This document shows, piece by piece, positions 47,981-59,630 of a DNA stretch of 64,000 nucleotides. The translations under genes were made by a program, and so were the position numbers. This DNA comes from Spirochaetia bacterium (GTDB taxonomy: Bacteria > Spirochaetota > Spirochaetia > DSM-16054 > Sediminispirochaetaceae): NCBI GenBank assembly GCA_034520965.1, contig JAXHMY010000008.1, forward strand, positions 192,001 to 256,000, in the 5' to 3' direction. The notes beneath the pieces were generated by a model. That model was not told the DNA's origin. It did no database searches and saw nothing but the letters and a program-made list of their open reading frames with translations. Each line of letters opens with the position of its first letter. The first letter of the stretch is position 1.

Positions 47981-49684
47981 ATGCGGGAAAAAGAAGCACC
48001 ATGGAAGTTTTTAGATGCATATAGGGGCAGTCATTTTCAGGGTGAGTGGCCTACACTCCCTGAATTATTTTCCATCACCAGTGAGAGGTTTCCGGAGCGG
48101 CGCTGTTTCAGCATTTACGAGCCGGACAACATCTTTTTGAATTATGGGGAAACCCTGGCGACAATAAAATCGGTTTCAAACCATCTAGTGCATAGTGGTG
48201 TGAAAAAGGGCGACCGCGTAGCGGTGACCGGTAAAAATTCACCTGAATGGGCAATTGCCTACCTCGCGGTTCTCTATGCCGGAGGAGTGGTAGTTCCGAT
48301 CGATTATCAGCTGAGAAACAAGGATATTGCGGCCTTTATTGATTTCTCCGATGCAAAAATAGCCTTCATCGATGAGGAGAAATTCGAGGAAATCGAACAG
48401 GAAGGCAAGGTAAAACTAAAAGAGAAAATTTCACTTGCTCCTGGAAAAGAAAATTATATTCTGAATATAAAGGATCAGGATGCTCCTCCCCGGGAAATGC
48501 CCACAGAAAATGATTTAGCGGCCATCCTATATACTTCAGGTACAACGGGAAATCAGAAAGGGGTTATGCTGACCCATAAAAACCTTGTAAGCGACTGTTT
48601 TCTCGCCCAGGCGAATATGTCGGTATACCATACCGACGTGTTTTATGCCCTCCTTCCGATCCACCACTCTTATACCATGTTAGCGGTTTTTATCGAAGCT
48701 ATCTCGGTTGGAGCGGAAATTGTATTTGCCAAAAAACTGGTGATAAAGCAAATCTTAAAGGACCTGCATGAGGGGCAGGTTACTATGTTCCTCGGCATCC
48801 CTATGTTGTTCAACAAACTGTTGAAGGGACTGCTGCGGGGAGTCCGTGAAAAGGGTATTGTGGTATACGGGCTTATCCGGGGCTTGATGTACGTGAGCGG
48901 TTTTATTAAAAAAACCTTTGGAGTGAACCCCGGAAAGAAGATGTTCAAAGGTATTTTGAAGAAGTTGTCCCTCGATACCAACCGAATTTGCATTTGCGGA
49001 GGCGGGCCGCTTCCCTCCTCGACTTTCAGTATGTTTAACCAGCTGGGTATTGATTTTGTGCAGGGCTATGGACTTACCGAAACCTCACCGATTCTAACCC
49101 TGAATCCGGTGGAACATTATAAAGAGACCTCCGTTGGCAAGGTTATTCCCCAGGCCGAAATGAAGGTGCTTGATCCGGACGAAGAGGGCATCGGAGAATT
49201 GATCGCCCGAGGTCCTATGGTAATGCAGGGCTATTATCATAATGAGGCGGCCACCAAGGAAGTCTTTACCGATGACGGATGGTTTAAAACCGGAGACGTC
49301 GGTTATCTGGACAGCGAGAATTATCTGTACCTCACCGGTCGCCAGAAGAACCTAATCGTAACCGAGGGCGGAAAAAACGTCTTCCCCGAGGAAATCGAAG
49401 ATTACTTCCAATTGTACGATGAGATCGAACAGATTATGGTCAAGGGATATGTGACCGACGAAAAAATGAAGACCGAAGGAATTGAAGCTTTTGTGTATCC
49501 CAACTACGAGGCCTTCAGCAACCAGGATATTGAAGCCAGGATCGATGCCATTATAAAAGAGGTGAACCTCGAACTCATGCCGTATAAGCGAATCGAGCGA
49601 TTTAAAGTGTTGAATGAACCGATGGAAATGACGACCACCAAGAAAATTAAGCGATTCAAGGTGGACGGGGAGCCTAGTGAGTAG
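47981..49684 (+). CDS. Long-chain fatty acid--CoA ligase (AMP-binding family)
   Basis: YTSGTTGNQKG, QGYGLTE, FKTGD, GRQKNLIV...NVFPEEIE; AGGAGG SD. Confidence 0.9.
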   Translation: MREKEAPWKFLDAYRGSHFQGEWPTLPELFSITSERFPERRCFSIYEPDNIFLNYGETLATIKSVSNHLVHSGVKKGDRVAVTGKNSPEWAIAYLAVLYAGGVVVPIDYQLRNKDIAAFIDFSDAKIAFIDEEKFEEIEQEGKVKLKEKISLAPGKENYILNIKDQDAPPREMPTENDLAAILYTSGTTGNQKGVMLTHKNLVSDCFLAQANMSVYHTDVFYALLPIHHSYTMLAVFIEAISVGAEIVFAKKLVIKQILKDLHEGQVTMFLGIPMLFNKLLKGLLRGVREKGIVVYGLIRGLMYVSGFIKKTFGVNPGKKMFKGILKKLSLDTNRICICGGGPLPSSTFSMFNQLGIDFVQGYGLTETSPILTLNPVEHYKETSVGKVIPQAEMKVLDPDEEGIGELIARGPMVMQGYYHNEAATKEVFTDDGWFKTGDVGYLDSENYLYLTGRQKNLIVTEGGKNVFPEEIEDYFQLYDEIEQIMVKGYVTDEKMKTEGIEAFVYPNYEAFSNQDIEARIDAIIKEVNLELMPYKRIERFKVLNEPMEMTTTKKIKRFKVDGEPSE

Positions 49685-50942
49685 TTTTTTTTCTATTAAG
49701 AAAATAGCCGTATTGGGCTATTTTCGTCGTTTCGATTGCCGCGGAGCGTCATACGAAACTGTTAAAGCGGTCCTTTCGGCCTTACAAAGGAAGGGCGCCG
49801 CTGTTCTTTTTGTTATTCTGTGCATACTTGTGCCGGCCGGAAAGGGCTGGGCCGAGTATCTGCAGTTTGGAGAGGACCTGTTTGTGAACTTGCCGGCCAG
49901 CTGGCAGGTTCAGGGAATTGAAGAGAACAAGTTTTCGGCGGTGAACCAAGCAGAGGAAGCGTATTTTCTGCTTAAACAGCATGCGGGCGGACAGTTTCAG
50001 GATGTCAACCAGATGCATTCTACGGTTGCCGCCGAACTTGGCGCCCGGGTATATGCCGGCAGCAGCTACAGCCATTCCGGGATGGATGCCCACCTCTCAC
50101 AGGTGGAGTTCCAGCAACAGGACCGTCGGTTCCAAGGATATTTACTCTGTATTGAATCCCACCGGATCGATGTGGTGGTAGTGGGGTTTGCTCTAAAGGG
50201 TAAACTTTCCGCTTATCAGGATACCCTTTTCTCGGCGATGGATTCGCTGGCTGTCGGAGACCGCGGTCTGGTCGAGCCGGGACCTATCAGTCAATCGGTA
50301 TCACCCTATCCGGCTCAGGATGTTGAACGCTTTACAATTCAATTTGAGGGCCGTGAGGTTCCACTGGCCTTAAGTAATGCAGCTATTGATGCGACTCAGG
50401 ATGTAATTGAACGGGAAGCGAGGGTTTTGTCGGTATACGGGGGAACCGAATATGCAGAAGCCGCCTGGAAACGGTATTACCGGCTTGTGTATCGCGACTT
50501 GTTTGTCCGAAGTCGTCCCCTCTATTCGGCACTGCAGACCTACCTCCCGCCACAGGATCACAGCCCCGAGGAGATTGCCGCCGCCCTGTTAGCATGGGTG
50601 CAGGGGTTTCAGTATGAGCGGCTGGAAAGCTTGTCCGACTGTTTATCCCCCTTACGGGCGGCGGTGGAGAGCCGCGGCGACTGTGATTCCCGGGGGCTGC
50701 TGTACACGATACTCCTGCACCACTATCAGATTGATGCAATTTTGATGGTATCCTCGGTGTACAAACACAGCATGGCTGCGGTTGCAGTAGACGGTGAGGG
50801 AGCTCGTTTCACTCTCAATGAAAAACGTTATCTGGTTGCCGAGACAACCGACCAGGTTGAGCTTGGATTAATCGACCAAGCCATGTCCAACACCAATGCA
50901 TGGATTGGCATTGATTTCATTAACCCTCGTATAACAGATTAG
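49677..50942 (+). CDS. Exported protein with C-terminal transglutaminase-like domain
   Basis: Signal peptide-like hydrophobic stretch; RGDCDSR (Cys), HSMAAV (His), VAETT (Glu); GTG start with GGGGAG SD. Confidence 0.75.
   Translation: MSSFFSIKKIAVLGYFRRFDCRGASYETVKAVLSALQRKGAAVLFVILCILVPAGKGWAEYLQFGEDLFVNLPASWQVQGIEENKFSAVNQAEEAYFLLKQHAGGQFQDVNQMHSTVAAELGARVYAGSSYSHSGMDAHLSQVEFQQQDRRFQGYLLCIESHRIDVVVVGFALKGKLSAYQDTLFSAMDSLAVGDRGLVEPGPISQSVSPYPAQDVERFTIQFEGREVPLALSNAAIDATQDVIEREARVLSVYGGTEYAEAAWKRYYRLVYRDLFVRSRPLYSALQTYLPPQDHSPEEIAAALLAWVQGFQYERLESLSDCLSPLRAAVESRGDCDSRGLLYTILLHHYQIDAILMVSSVYKHSMAAVAVDGEGARFTLNEKRYLVAETTDQVELGLIDQAMSNTNAWIGIDFINPRITD
49691..49765. repeat. Family 2 repeat, copy lying inside a coding frame
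   Basis: TTCTATTAAGAAAATAGCCGTATTGGGCTATTTTCGTCGTTTCGATTGCCGCGGAGCGTCATACGAAACTGTTAA; matches 18232-18307. Confidence 0.85.
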
Positions 50943-50966
50943 AATCACGATAAGGGAGGACTGTCG

Positions 50967-52172
50967 ATGGGCCTGTTAAGCAGAATCCTGGAAGATGAAA
51001 AACTCGCCTTTGAAAATCCGCCCCTTCCGAGTTTAAAAGTTGGAGAAGGAGTTCTTTTTTCAGTTCCCGAGTATCTTCACCAGCAGGGTTTTTCCCGGGT
51101 AGCTCTCATAACCGGGGGGGATTCATATTCTACCGCTGGGTATCGGGAGCAGTTTGAAGAACAACTGAGGGCTGCCGGGATAGAAGCCCCCCGTTTTCCG
51201 GTCTCCGGGGAGCCCTCGCCAATAAAGGTGGACCAGATACGTGATACCGCCGCCGAGCTTCAGGTTGATGCGCTGCTCGCTGTGGGGGGAGGAAGCGTGA
51301 TCGATACTGCCAAGGCGGTAGCCGTCATGCTCCACCATCAGGGAAATGTGCGGGAATACCTGGAGGGAGTGGGAAATCGTACACCGAAACCCCTGCGTCA
51401 TCCATTGATCGCGGTGCCTGCGACCTCCGGCACCGGCTCGGAAGCGACTAAAAATGCGGTTATCAGCGAAGTAGGGGAACAGGGCTTCAAGAAGTCCCTG
51501 CGCAACGACGCCTATGTGCCGGACATGGCCCTGCTCGATCCGCTGGTAATCAAGAGTTGTCCCTATGATGTGACGGCCGCATCGGGAATGGATGCGATAA
51601 CCCAGCTCTTAGAGGCGTATGTGTCCACAAAAGCAACTCCCTTTACCGATGCTCTGGCGTTAAATGGATTGCAGCGCAGCCGCTGGTCGCTCCCGGCTTC
51701 CCTCCGGGATGGGGAAAACTTAAACGCCCGTGGCCAAATGGCCTATGCCGCTTATTTATCCGGAGCTGCCCTGGCGGGAGCCGGCCTGGGGGTGGTTCAC
51801 GGATTAGCCTCTCCCCTGGGAGCACTTCGAAACATACCCCATGGGGTGGTGTGCGGTACCCTGCTTCCGGCGGCTATCGAGCTAGTGGTGGCTAGGTTGT
51901 TGAAAAGCGATACCGAGAGCCGGGGTCTTGCAAAGTACTCCCAAGCGGCAATGGTATTTACCGGGAGTGATCACGGAAGTGCTGAGCACAACTGCCGAGC
52001 CCTGGTGGATGAGCTCTACAGCTGGGTTGAAGAGTTCTCCCTGCCCGTGCTCTCCGATTACGGGTTTACTACTACAGAGTTACGAGACATTGCCGACAGC
52101 AGCTCGGTGAAGGGAACTCCAGTCGAACTTACCCCGGATGAGATATATTCGATTTTAACCCGTCGGCTGTAG
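50967..52172 (+). CDS. Iron-containing alcohol dehydrogenase
   Basis: VGGGSVIDTAK, PATSGTGSEAT, GMDAITQ, VVHGLASPLG, PHGVVC. Confidence 0.9.
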   Translation: MGLLSRILEDEKLAFENPPLPSLKVGEGVLFSVPEYLHQQGFSRVALITGGDSYSTAGYREQFEEQLRAAGIEAPRFPVSGEPSPIKVDQIRDTAAELQVDALLAVGGGSVIDTAKAVAVMLHHQGNVREYLEGVGNRTPKPLRHPLIAVPATSGTGSEATKNAVISEVGEQGFKKSLRNDAYVPDMALLDPLVIKSCPYDVTAASGMDAITQLLEAYVSTKATPFTDALALNGLQRSRWSLPASLRDGENLNARGQMAYAAYLSGAALAGAGLGVVHGLASPLGALRNIPHGVVCGTLLPAAIELVVARLLKSDTESRGLAKYSQAAMVFTGSDHGSAEHNCRALVDELYSWVEEFSLPVLSDYGFTTTELRDIADSSSVKGTPVELTPDEIYSILTRRL

Positions 52173-52185
52173 TTTGATGTCGGTA

Positions 52186-52238
52186 AGTTAGAAGCCTTTT
52201 AGTTAGAAGCTTTTTAGTTAGAAGCTTTTTAGTTAGAA
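52186..52238. repeat. 15-bp tandem repeat, about 3.5 copies
   Basis: AGTTAGAAGC(C/T)TTTT at 52186, 52201 and 52216, partial copy at 52231. Confidence 0.9.
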
Positions 52239-52271
52239 AAAGAGCTGCCCAGCATGTGAGCAGCCCCTTTT
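52237..52271. terminator. Probable bidirectional terminator between adh and pfp
   Basis: AAAAAGA-GCTGC...GCAGC-CCCTTTT imperfect hairpin with A and T tails. Confidence 0.5.
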
Positions 52272-52274
52272 GCA

Positions 52275-53930
52275 TTATTGGTTTTCCAATGAGAGGGTTA
52301 TGGTCGGGCGGTTACACAGTTCATCTGGTCCGAAGTATTGGATTGCACCTGGATAGGAAAATGAGGTTTTGATTCCCCACTCCTCACGCTTTGCTGCAAA
52401 GGTTTTAAAGGGTTTTTCCTTTAACTGTACTAATGCCTTTTTAATAACCGGTTTCATTTTACCGTGGCGCATTTCAAGGTTCATCATCATGGTGATGGGA
52501 ATCCCGCCGGCTATCCACTCCTCCGCCGGAGCAGATAGATTTTGTATCGATGAGATATAACCTGAGAGTCCGAAGGAAATTAGTAGATAGGCATTGTACC
52601 CCAGGCTGTAGGTGTAATTCGCATCAAAGTTGGAAGGAAAGGCCGCACGACCCTCATACCCAAAGAAGTGATGCTGAGTACTGAACTTGCCCTTGTACTC
52701 ACCCTTAGCTTTTAGCTCGTTCAGGTTATCTTCTACCATCTCGATCAGCAGTTTTTCTGTCTCTATTCTGGATACCTGCACATTACCGTGGGGATCACGG
52801 TCCATCAGCAGCTGTCTCTGGATATTGTTCGGCAGGGTAGAGAATACATACGAGGCATCGCGGGTGAGATTCTTATTGATCCACTCGGATTGGTCTTCAA
52901 AAGTATGGAGCGATGAAAAGTAGGATTCATGCTCGGCTAAAAGGGTATTTAGTTCGGAAATAAGAGTTTTCATCTCCGGAATAAATTCAATTAGCCCCTC
53001 CGGAATCAGAACGACTCCAAAGTGCTCTCCATGTTCACTGCGGGTGACCACCTTTTTGACGATATCATCTACAATCTCGTTGAGGGTGGTATGTTTCTCT
53101 TCCACCTCCTCGGAGATAATTGCCACATTCGGATGTGTCTGCAGAGCGCACTCCAGACAGATGTGCGAAGCACTGCGACCCATTAGTTTGATAAAGTGCC
53201 AATATTTCTTTGCTGAGTTTGCATCGCGCTCGATATTTCCTATCAGCTCAGCATAAGTTTTGGTGGCGGTATCAAAACCAAAGGAGACTTCGATCTGTTC
53301 GTTCTTTAGGTCGCCGTCGATGGTTTTGGGGACTCCAATAACCGAAATATCGATACCCTGCCTGCGGTAGTATTCAGCCAGGACCGCTGCATTGGTGTTT
53401 GAATCGTCTCCGCCAATGACTACAATCGCAGAAATGGAATGTTTTTTACACACCTCGGTGGTTTTGGCAAACTGCGCTTCGGACTCCAGTTTGGTTCGGC
53501 CGGAACCTATCATATCAAAACCGCCGGTATTGCGGTACTGATCCACATACTGCCCGGTAATTTCTACAAGCCTGTCTTCGAGGATCCCCGCCGGACCGTT
53601 AAGGAAACCGTACAGCTTCGATTCGCTATTTGCGGCTTTCAGGGCGTCATAAATTCCGGCAATCACATTATGTCCTCCGGGAGCTTGTCCGCCGGACAGT
53701 ACCACCCCGATATTGATGGGCTCGTTCCGGTGGGAAGATTCTCCAGCGACAAATTTTACCGCCGGAAGTCCATAGGTATGGGGAAACAATTCCTTCATCT
53801 TTGTCTGGTTTTCGACCGATTCGGTTTGTTCACCGTATTCAACTCCAATGTTTTCTATGTTGTTTTGCAGCATCGCCGGTAGGGTAGGTGCAAATCGGTA
53901 TCGAACTGTTTGTAGGGGACTAGTATTCAT
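52275..53930 (-). CDS. pfp: Pyrophosphate-dependent phosphofructokinase (long clade)
   Basis: [41 protein letters not shown]. Confidence 0.95.
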   Translation of the reverse strand: MNTSPLQTVRYRFAPTLPAMLQNNIENIGVEYGEQTESVENQTKMKELFPHTYGLPAVKFVAGESSHRNEPINIGVVLSGGQAPGGHNVIAGIYDALKAANSESKLYGFLNGPAGILEDRLVEITGQYVDQYRNTGGFDMIGSGRTKLESEAQFAKTTEVCKKHSISAIVVIGGDDSNTNAAVLAEYYRRQGIDISVIGVPKTIDGDLKNEQIEVSFGFDTATKTYAELIGNIERDANSAKKYWHFIKLMGRSASHICLECALQTHPNVAIISEEVEEKHTTLNEIVDDIVKKVVTRSEHGEHFGVVLIPEGLIEFIPEMKTLISELNTLLAEHESYFSSLHTFEDQSEWINKNLTRDASYVFSTLPNNIQRQLLMDRDPHGNVQVSRIETEKLLIEMVEDNLNELKAKGEYKGKFSTQHHFFGYEGRAAFPSNFDANYTYSLGYNAYLLISFGLSGYISSIQNLSAPAEEWIAGGIPITMMMNLEMRHGKMKPVIKKALVQLKEKPFKTFAAKREEWGIKTSFSYPGAIQYFGPDELCNRPTITLSLENQ

Positions 53931-53979
53931 TGTGTCTTCACTCCTTTTTTATGCTGTTCTTATACGATAGACGTGCTGT

Positions 53980-55265
53980 TCAGTCAAGGAACTCCGCGTC
54001 TAGATGGATAACTCCCTCGCCGCGGATTCTCAAAGCTGTAACGGCGCCTTCTCCGAATTGGGAATTCAGCTGTTCCTCCAGCTCTTTGAATTGCGACACG
54101 GGTACATAGCCCTGCACCGTTCCGGCAAAGCCTCCGCCATGGACCCTGAAAACTCCCGCCGGGCACAGAGACTGCAGAAGCCCCAGTGAATAGGCTACTG
54201 ACTGATCCTGTACAGCCCCGGTGGGTATGCAGTTCTGCAGGAGGGTCCAGGATGATGTTCCCGACTCTTTGACCACCCGCAGGTAGGCGTTGATGTCCTC
54301 GAACTGAAGCGCCTCCTGCAGCAGTCCGACCCGTCGGTTTTCCTGAAAATAGTGCAGGGCTCGTAAGAAGGGGCGGTCTCCGCAGTTTTGTCTGATATCA
54401 TGTGCAGCTGCCGTCAAGCGTTCAAGATCCGCCTGCCGCAAAACCTGACAGCCGAGTTCTGCTGCAACGCACTGCATTTCCTGGGAATAGAGGCATACTC
54501 ATGGGTTAGATCGGCATGATCTCCGCCGGTATCCAGAATCATAAGCTGATAGCCGTGGCTGCTAAAATCGAAATCGATCTGTTCCAGCCCGGGGGATTCA
54601 CTATCGGCAAAATCAATAGCGGCGATTCCCCCTTGAGCACAGGCAATTTGGTCCATCAGACCACAGGGTTTTTTGAAATATTGATTCTCCGCGTAGCGTC
54701 CCGCCTGAGCCAGTTCTATAGCCGACAGCTGGCCCTGATGATACAGGGTATTAAAAATTTGTGCGATTAATACCTCGATAGAGGCGGAAGAGCTGAGGCC
54801 GGAGCCCATTGCAACCTGACTGTGTACGTACGCCGAAAAACCGCCGTATCCGTATCCCCGTTCGGCAAAATAGGCGGCGATTCCGCGTACCAGCGCAGAG
54901 GCACTGCCGGCTTCAGCCTCCTCGGGCTGCAGATGATGCAGATCGGCGGCAATATCCTTGGGAAAGCCTGCGGTAACTATTTCAACCCGCATATCATCCC
55001 GCGGAGTTACCGCGGCAATTTTGTCCAGTTGAATGCTGCCTGCCAGTACCTTACCGCGGTTGTGGTCGGTATGATTCCCTCCCAGCTCTGTTCGTCCGGG
55101 ACTGCTGAACAAATGTGCTTGTTCTGTGGCAAAGCGCTGATGAAACTCATCCAGCAGGGAAGTATAGCGGAGGATCTGTTGCTGCTCTCCGGCGCTGCCG
55201 TACAGGCGTTGAATCGCCTTGTCCAGAGCCTTGTCGGCAACATCCTTCCGATTGATTGATCTCAT
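53980..55265 (-). pseudogene. galK: Galactokinase split by one missing base; probably intact in vivo
   Basis: PGRTELGGNHTDH, GSGLSSSA, CGLMDQ, RVHGGGFAG. Adding one base to the run at 54483-54485 gives YASIPQEMQCVA. Confidence 0.85.
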
Positions 55266-55280
55266 ATAATGCTCCTTCTG

Positions 55281-56323
55281 CTATTCCTTATGAAGGAAGT
55301 GGGTTTCAGGTAATTCCCGTAAGCGGGCAGCTGCCGATTCTGCGGTTATGTCCCGCTGCACAGTCGCCAGCAGCTCATATCCGACCATAAACTTTTTCAC
55401 AGTGGCCGAGCGCAGCAGGGGCGGGTAGTAATGAATATGAAAATGCCATTCACTGTGCTCTTGGGCGTCGGTTGGACGTTGATGCAGGCCCATGGAGTAG
55501 GGGAAATGGGTTTGAAACAGATTATCGTAGCGAATCCCCAGTCGCTTCATAAGAGAGGCCAAATCATTGCGTTCTGAATCGCTTAGATCATTTAAAGATG
55601 CGACATGGCGGCGCGGCAGCAGCATAGTCTCAAAGGGCCACACCGCCCAGAAGGGAACTATCGCCACAAATGAGTCATTCTCTACTACTATCCGCTCTCC
55701 GCGCTCGGTTTCCTTTTGTACATAATCGCACAGCAGGCAGCTTTGGTGAGTCTCTAGGTAGTGTCGCTGCATATTGGTTTCTTGCTGAGGTATCTGGGGA
55801 ATAGTCTCGTTTGACCATATCTGGCCATGGGGGTGAGGGTTTGAACAGCCCATAGTTGCACCACGATTCTCAAAAATCTGAACGTAATTGATAAAATCTT
55901 CTTCACCAAGCCGGCGGTATTCCTCCTCCCCAGACATCCACAACCCGTCGAATATCCTCTACTTCCATTAGCGGAAAGAGTAAGATCATGACGGGGCGAG
56001 AAACAGATTACCTTACACACACCGCGTTCACTGTGTGCAATAAATAGGTTGTCCTCATCCATTCGGTCCGAGGGTGCGTCCTCCAGCAGCGCTGAAAAGT
56101 CATTCACAAACACAAACGTATTTTGGTAGTCGGGGTTTGTAATTCCACCTGCACGGGAGTTACCGGGACATAGATAGCAGTTTGGATCGTAGCTGGGTTT
56201 TTCCTCGACCTGTGCCTTCTCTTGATGTCCCTGCCAGGGACGTTTCGTTCGATGGGGGGACACCAGTACCCAGTCGCCGGTAAGCGGGTTGTACCGTCGA
56301 TGGGGATAGTCGTTTAAGTTCAT
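55281..56323 (-). pseudogene. galT: Galactose-1-phosphate uridylyltransferase with two extra bases; probably intact in vivo
   Basis: [33 protein letters not shown]. Removing one base from each of 55975-55977 and 55928-55931 gives [27 protein letters not shown]. Confidence 0.88.
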
Positions 56324-56397
56324 GATTGACTCCTTAAAAGGTTATTCTATATTGAACAGTATGAAGGAAAGAGCACTTGGATTTCAAGGCACCTGCA

Positions 56398-56427
56398 TTG
56401 ACCAGTGGTAAGGCTCTTCTATACACT
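56398..56427 (+). promoter_or_regulatory. Candidate sigma70 promoter for manA, leaderless spacing
   Basis: TTGACC, 18 nt spacer, TACACT, then 6 nt to ATG 56434. Confidence 0.45.
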
Positions 56428-56433
56428 TTTAAT

Positions 56434-57737
56434 ATGTGTGATATGTATAATCAGCTATTTAAATTAGAGAATTTAATCCAACATTATCCCTGGGGCTCAA
56501 CAAGCCTCATACCGGAATTGCTTGGCATTCAGAACAAGCCTGGTACACCTTACGCAGAAATGTGGATGGGAAGTCACCCGCGGGGCCCATCAAAACTGGT
56601 TCTCTCGGAGGAGAATGAGAAGCGGATGGATTTAAAGTCTGCAATTGAGGAGTCGCCCTCCGACTTTCTGGGCCCAGAAGCTGGTCGCTTCTCAGAGGGC
56701 CTTCCTTTTCTGTTTAAGGTTTTAGCGGCAGCTCAGCCCCTCTCTATTCAAGCCCACCCGAGCCGCCGGCAGGCGCAGTCCGGCTTTGACCGCGAGGAGG
56801 CGGCGGGTATACCGATTGATGCCTTCGAACGGAATTACAGGGATAAGAATCACAAACCGGAGATTATCTGCGCCCTTACCCCTTTTACAGCCCTGTGCGG
56901 CTTCAGAGCCGCTGCTGAAATAGATGCATGGTACTCCCACATAGGCAACGCTCTAGAAAACGAATTATTTAAGAGCATCTATGAAGAGAAAATCGCACCG
57001 ACGGATGCGCCCGGCACAATTGACGATGCCGAGTGGGTGAAGAAATTTTTTGAGAATATTATGAACCTTGCAGAAAAGATCAGGCGGAGCTGATCGAACT
57101 GCTGTACACATGGGCCACATCAGCCTCAAAACAGCAGCCCTCAAAACAGCAGCCCTCAAAACAGCAGAAAGAGGCGGAACTGGTGGTTACTTTTTATGAG
57201 CAGCACGGGGTAAATGTAGGTGTGCATGCTCCGCTGTATCTTAACGTGGTAGAGCTTTCTCCGGGGGAGGCCCTGTATCAGCCGGCCGGTGTGCTCCACG
57301 CCTATGTTGCCGGCATGGGAGTAGAGTTGATGGCCAACTCCGATAATGTGCTCCGCGGCGGGCTAACCCAGAAGCACGTGGATGTTCCTGAGCTCCTGAG
57401 GGTGATATCCTTCGAACCCCGTCCTGCGGATATACTGCGGGGGAAGAGTTCTGAATCTCACCTTCGCCGTTATCCGGTACCCATAGATGAGTTTGAATTA
57501 CTGCAAATAGAAGCGGAAAAATCTACCTCCCGGAGGCGGGAAGACAGGACCTCTCTCGAAATTGGAATCTGCACAAAAGGAGATTTTGAGCTCCTTTCTG
57601 AGTCGGGAAACAGTTCCCTGCACATAGTTCGTGGTGAGAGTTTTATTGCCCCCTATGGGGCCGGTAATTACACCTTCTCCGGCCGGGGCGAGCTGTATCT
57701 TGCAACTATCCCACCCGAAGCAGGTGGACAGGAATAA
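56434..57737 (+). pseudogene. manA: Mannose-6-phosphate isomerase class I split by one missing base; probably intact in vivo
   Basis: QHYPWGS, AEMWMGSHP, LSIQAHP, NHKPE, LHAY, ELMANSDNVLRGGLT. Adding one A at 57074-57077 joins the two ORFs. Confidence 0.88.
57124..57167. repeat. In-frame 15-bp tandem repeat (about 3 copies) within manA
   Basis: CCTCAAAACAGCAGC units encoding SKQQP SKQQP SKQQ in the restored frame. Confidence 0.9.
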
Positions 57738-58186
57738 TGGAAATACTCGTTGATGCCGACTCATGTCCCCGACGAGTGCGCAGTATTATCAGAAAGGCTG
57801 CCGACCGTACTCGTATCAAAACGGTGTTTGTTTCGGACCGTAAATTAGCTGATGCCAAGGGAGACGGGATAGAAAATGTGCTGGTTGATCATGGCTCCGG
57901 GGATGTGGATGACTATATCGTGGAGCATGTACAGCCGGGGGATCTTGTAATTACCCATGACATCCCCCTGGCCGCCAGGGTAGTAGAGAAAGGAGCGGTG
58001 GCGCTTGACGATCGGGGGAGTGTGTTTACCCGAGAGAATATCAGAGAGCGTCTCTCGGTGCGGGATGCATTAGCAGAGCTGCGGGAGGCCGGAGTGACAC
58101 CGGCCGGCGGCGACACAATAGGCGATCGTGAGATACGCCTGTTTGCCGGAGCCTTCGACCGGGAGCTTACCAAGCTTCAACGATAG
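57737..58186 (+). CDS. YaiI/YqxD (UPF0178) family protein
   Basis: ILVDADSCP, GDLVITHDIPLAA, FTRENIRERL. Confidence 0.9.
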   Translation: MEILVDADSCPRRVRSIIRKAADRTRIKTVFVSDRKLADAKGDGIENVLVDHGSGDVDDYIVEHVQPGDLVITHDIPLAARVVEKGAVALDDRGSVFTRENIRERLSVRDALAELREAGVTPAGGDTIGDREIRLFAGAFDRELTKLQR

Positions 58187-58204
58187 AAACTGTGCACTGT
58201 GCAT

Positions 58205-58250
58205 TGTATTAAAATGTATTAAAATATTGTATTAAAATATTGTATTAAAA
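58205..58250. repeat. TGTATTAAAA x4 (10- and 13-bp periods) at the asnS 3' end
   Basis: Copies at 58205, 58215, 58228 and 58241; the last contains the asnS stop codon. Confidence 0.85.
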
Positions 58251-59630
58251 CTCGGCGTTTTTAACAGTTCTTGGAAAAGGAATAACGTCCCGGATGTTAT
58301 GCATTCCGGTTACATACTGTACCAGCCTTTCAAAGCCCAGTCCAAAGCCCGAGTGGGGAACGCTGCCGTATCGGCGTAGATCAAGATACCACCAATAGTC
58401 TTCAGGATTTAGATTCATCTCCTCAATTCTTTTCAGCAGGGTATCGTAGTGATCTTCACGCTCACTCCCGCCGATAATTTCTCCGAGCCGGGGTACCAGC
58501 ACATCCATCGCCCGCACTGTTTTGTTATCTTCGTTCAGTTTCATGTAGAAGGCTTTTATCTCCTTCGGATAATCAGTGACAATTATCGGCCCTTTGAAAA
58601 CCTCTTCGGTCAGGTACCGTTCATGTTCGGATTGCAGGTCTTCTCCCCATCCAATCGGATATTCGAAAGAGCGGTCCGCCTTCTCAAGCAGTTCAACTGC
58701 CTTTGAATAAGTGACATGCTGAAATTTTGAATCTACCACCTTCTGAATGCTTTCCTTCACGCCCTTTTCTATCCACTTACTGAAAAAGTCCATATCCTCC
58801 GGACAATGATCAAGAACATACTTCAGAATATACTTGATAAACTCTTCCGCCAATTCCATGTCGCCCTCTAGCGTACAGAATGCCATTTCCGGCTCTATCA
58901 TCCAAAACTCCGCTAAATGACGGCTGGTGTTCGAATTTTCCGCCCTGAAGGTGGGTCCGAAAGTGTATACGTCACGCATTGCCAGGGCGTATATCTCAGC
59001 TTCCAGCTGGCCGCTGACTGTCAGACTGGCCTGTTTGCCGAAAAAGTCCCGGCTGTAATCGACAGCTCCATCCTGGGTCGGCAGTTTCGCCATAGGGAGG
59101 GTGGTTACTTGAAACATCTCTCCGGCCCCTTCACAATCACTAGCCGAGATGATCGGGGTGTGGATGTACATAAAGCCCCGCTCCTGAAAAAAGCTGTGTA
59201 TTGCAAAGCTTAATGCGTTTCTCACTCGTGTAACCGCTCCAAAGGTGTTGGTTCGCGGGCGCAAATGGGCAATTTCCCTTAAAAACTCAAAGGAGTGTCG
59301 TTTTTTCTGCAGGGGGTAGGAGTCCGCCGGAGCTTCTCCAATTATTTCTACCTGAGTGGCCTGGACCTCTACCGATTGGTTTTTTCCAGGAGATGCTACC
59401 AGTTTACCCTTGATTCGGGCGCTTGAGCCGGTAGTTGCCGCATCGAGGTGGTCAAAAGTTCCCTCAGCGTCGTGGTCGACAATTACCTGAATACCGCGAA
59501 AGGAAGACCCGTCGGTGATTTCTAGAAAAGTTAAGTTCTTTGAGTCGCGTTTGGTTTTAACCCAGCCCTCAACGGTCACATCCTGTTCTATAGGGTCCAT
59601 TGTCAGTATATTGCGTATGCGTGATGCCAT
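58245..59630 (-). CDS. asnS: Asparagine--tRNA ligase
   Basis: [53 protein letters not shown]. Confidence 0.96.
   Translation of the reverse strand: MASRIRNILTMDPIEQDVTVEGWVKTKRDSKNLTFLEITDGSSFRGIQVIVDHDAEGTFDHLDAATTGSSARIKGKLVASPGKNQSVEVQATQVEIIGEAPADSYPLQKKRHSFEFLREIAHLRPRTNTFGAVTRVRNALSFAIHSFFQERGFMYIHTPIISASDCEGAGEMFQVTTLPMAKLPTQDGAVDYSRDFFGKQASLTVSGQLEAEIYALAMRDVYTFGPTFRAENSNTSRHLAEFWMIEPEMAFCTLEGDMELAEEFIKYILKYVLDHCPEDMDFFSKWIEKGVKESIQKVVDSKFQHVTYSKAVELLEKADRSFEYPIGWGEDLQSEHERYLTEEVFKGPIIVTDYPKEIKAFYMKLNEDNKTVRAMDVLVPRLGEIIGGSEREDHYDTLLKRIEEMNLNPEDYWWYLDLRRYGSVPHSGFGLGFERLVQYVTGMHNIRDVIPFPRTVKNAEF

Noticed and set aside
52186..52238. Tandem repeats or family-1 palindromes as a CRISPR array
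   Set aside because: There are no unique spacers of regular length, the units are too short or dispersed, and there are no cas genes.
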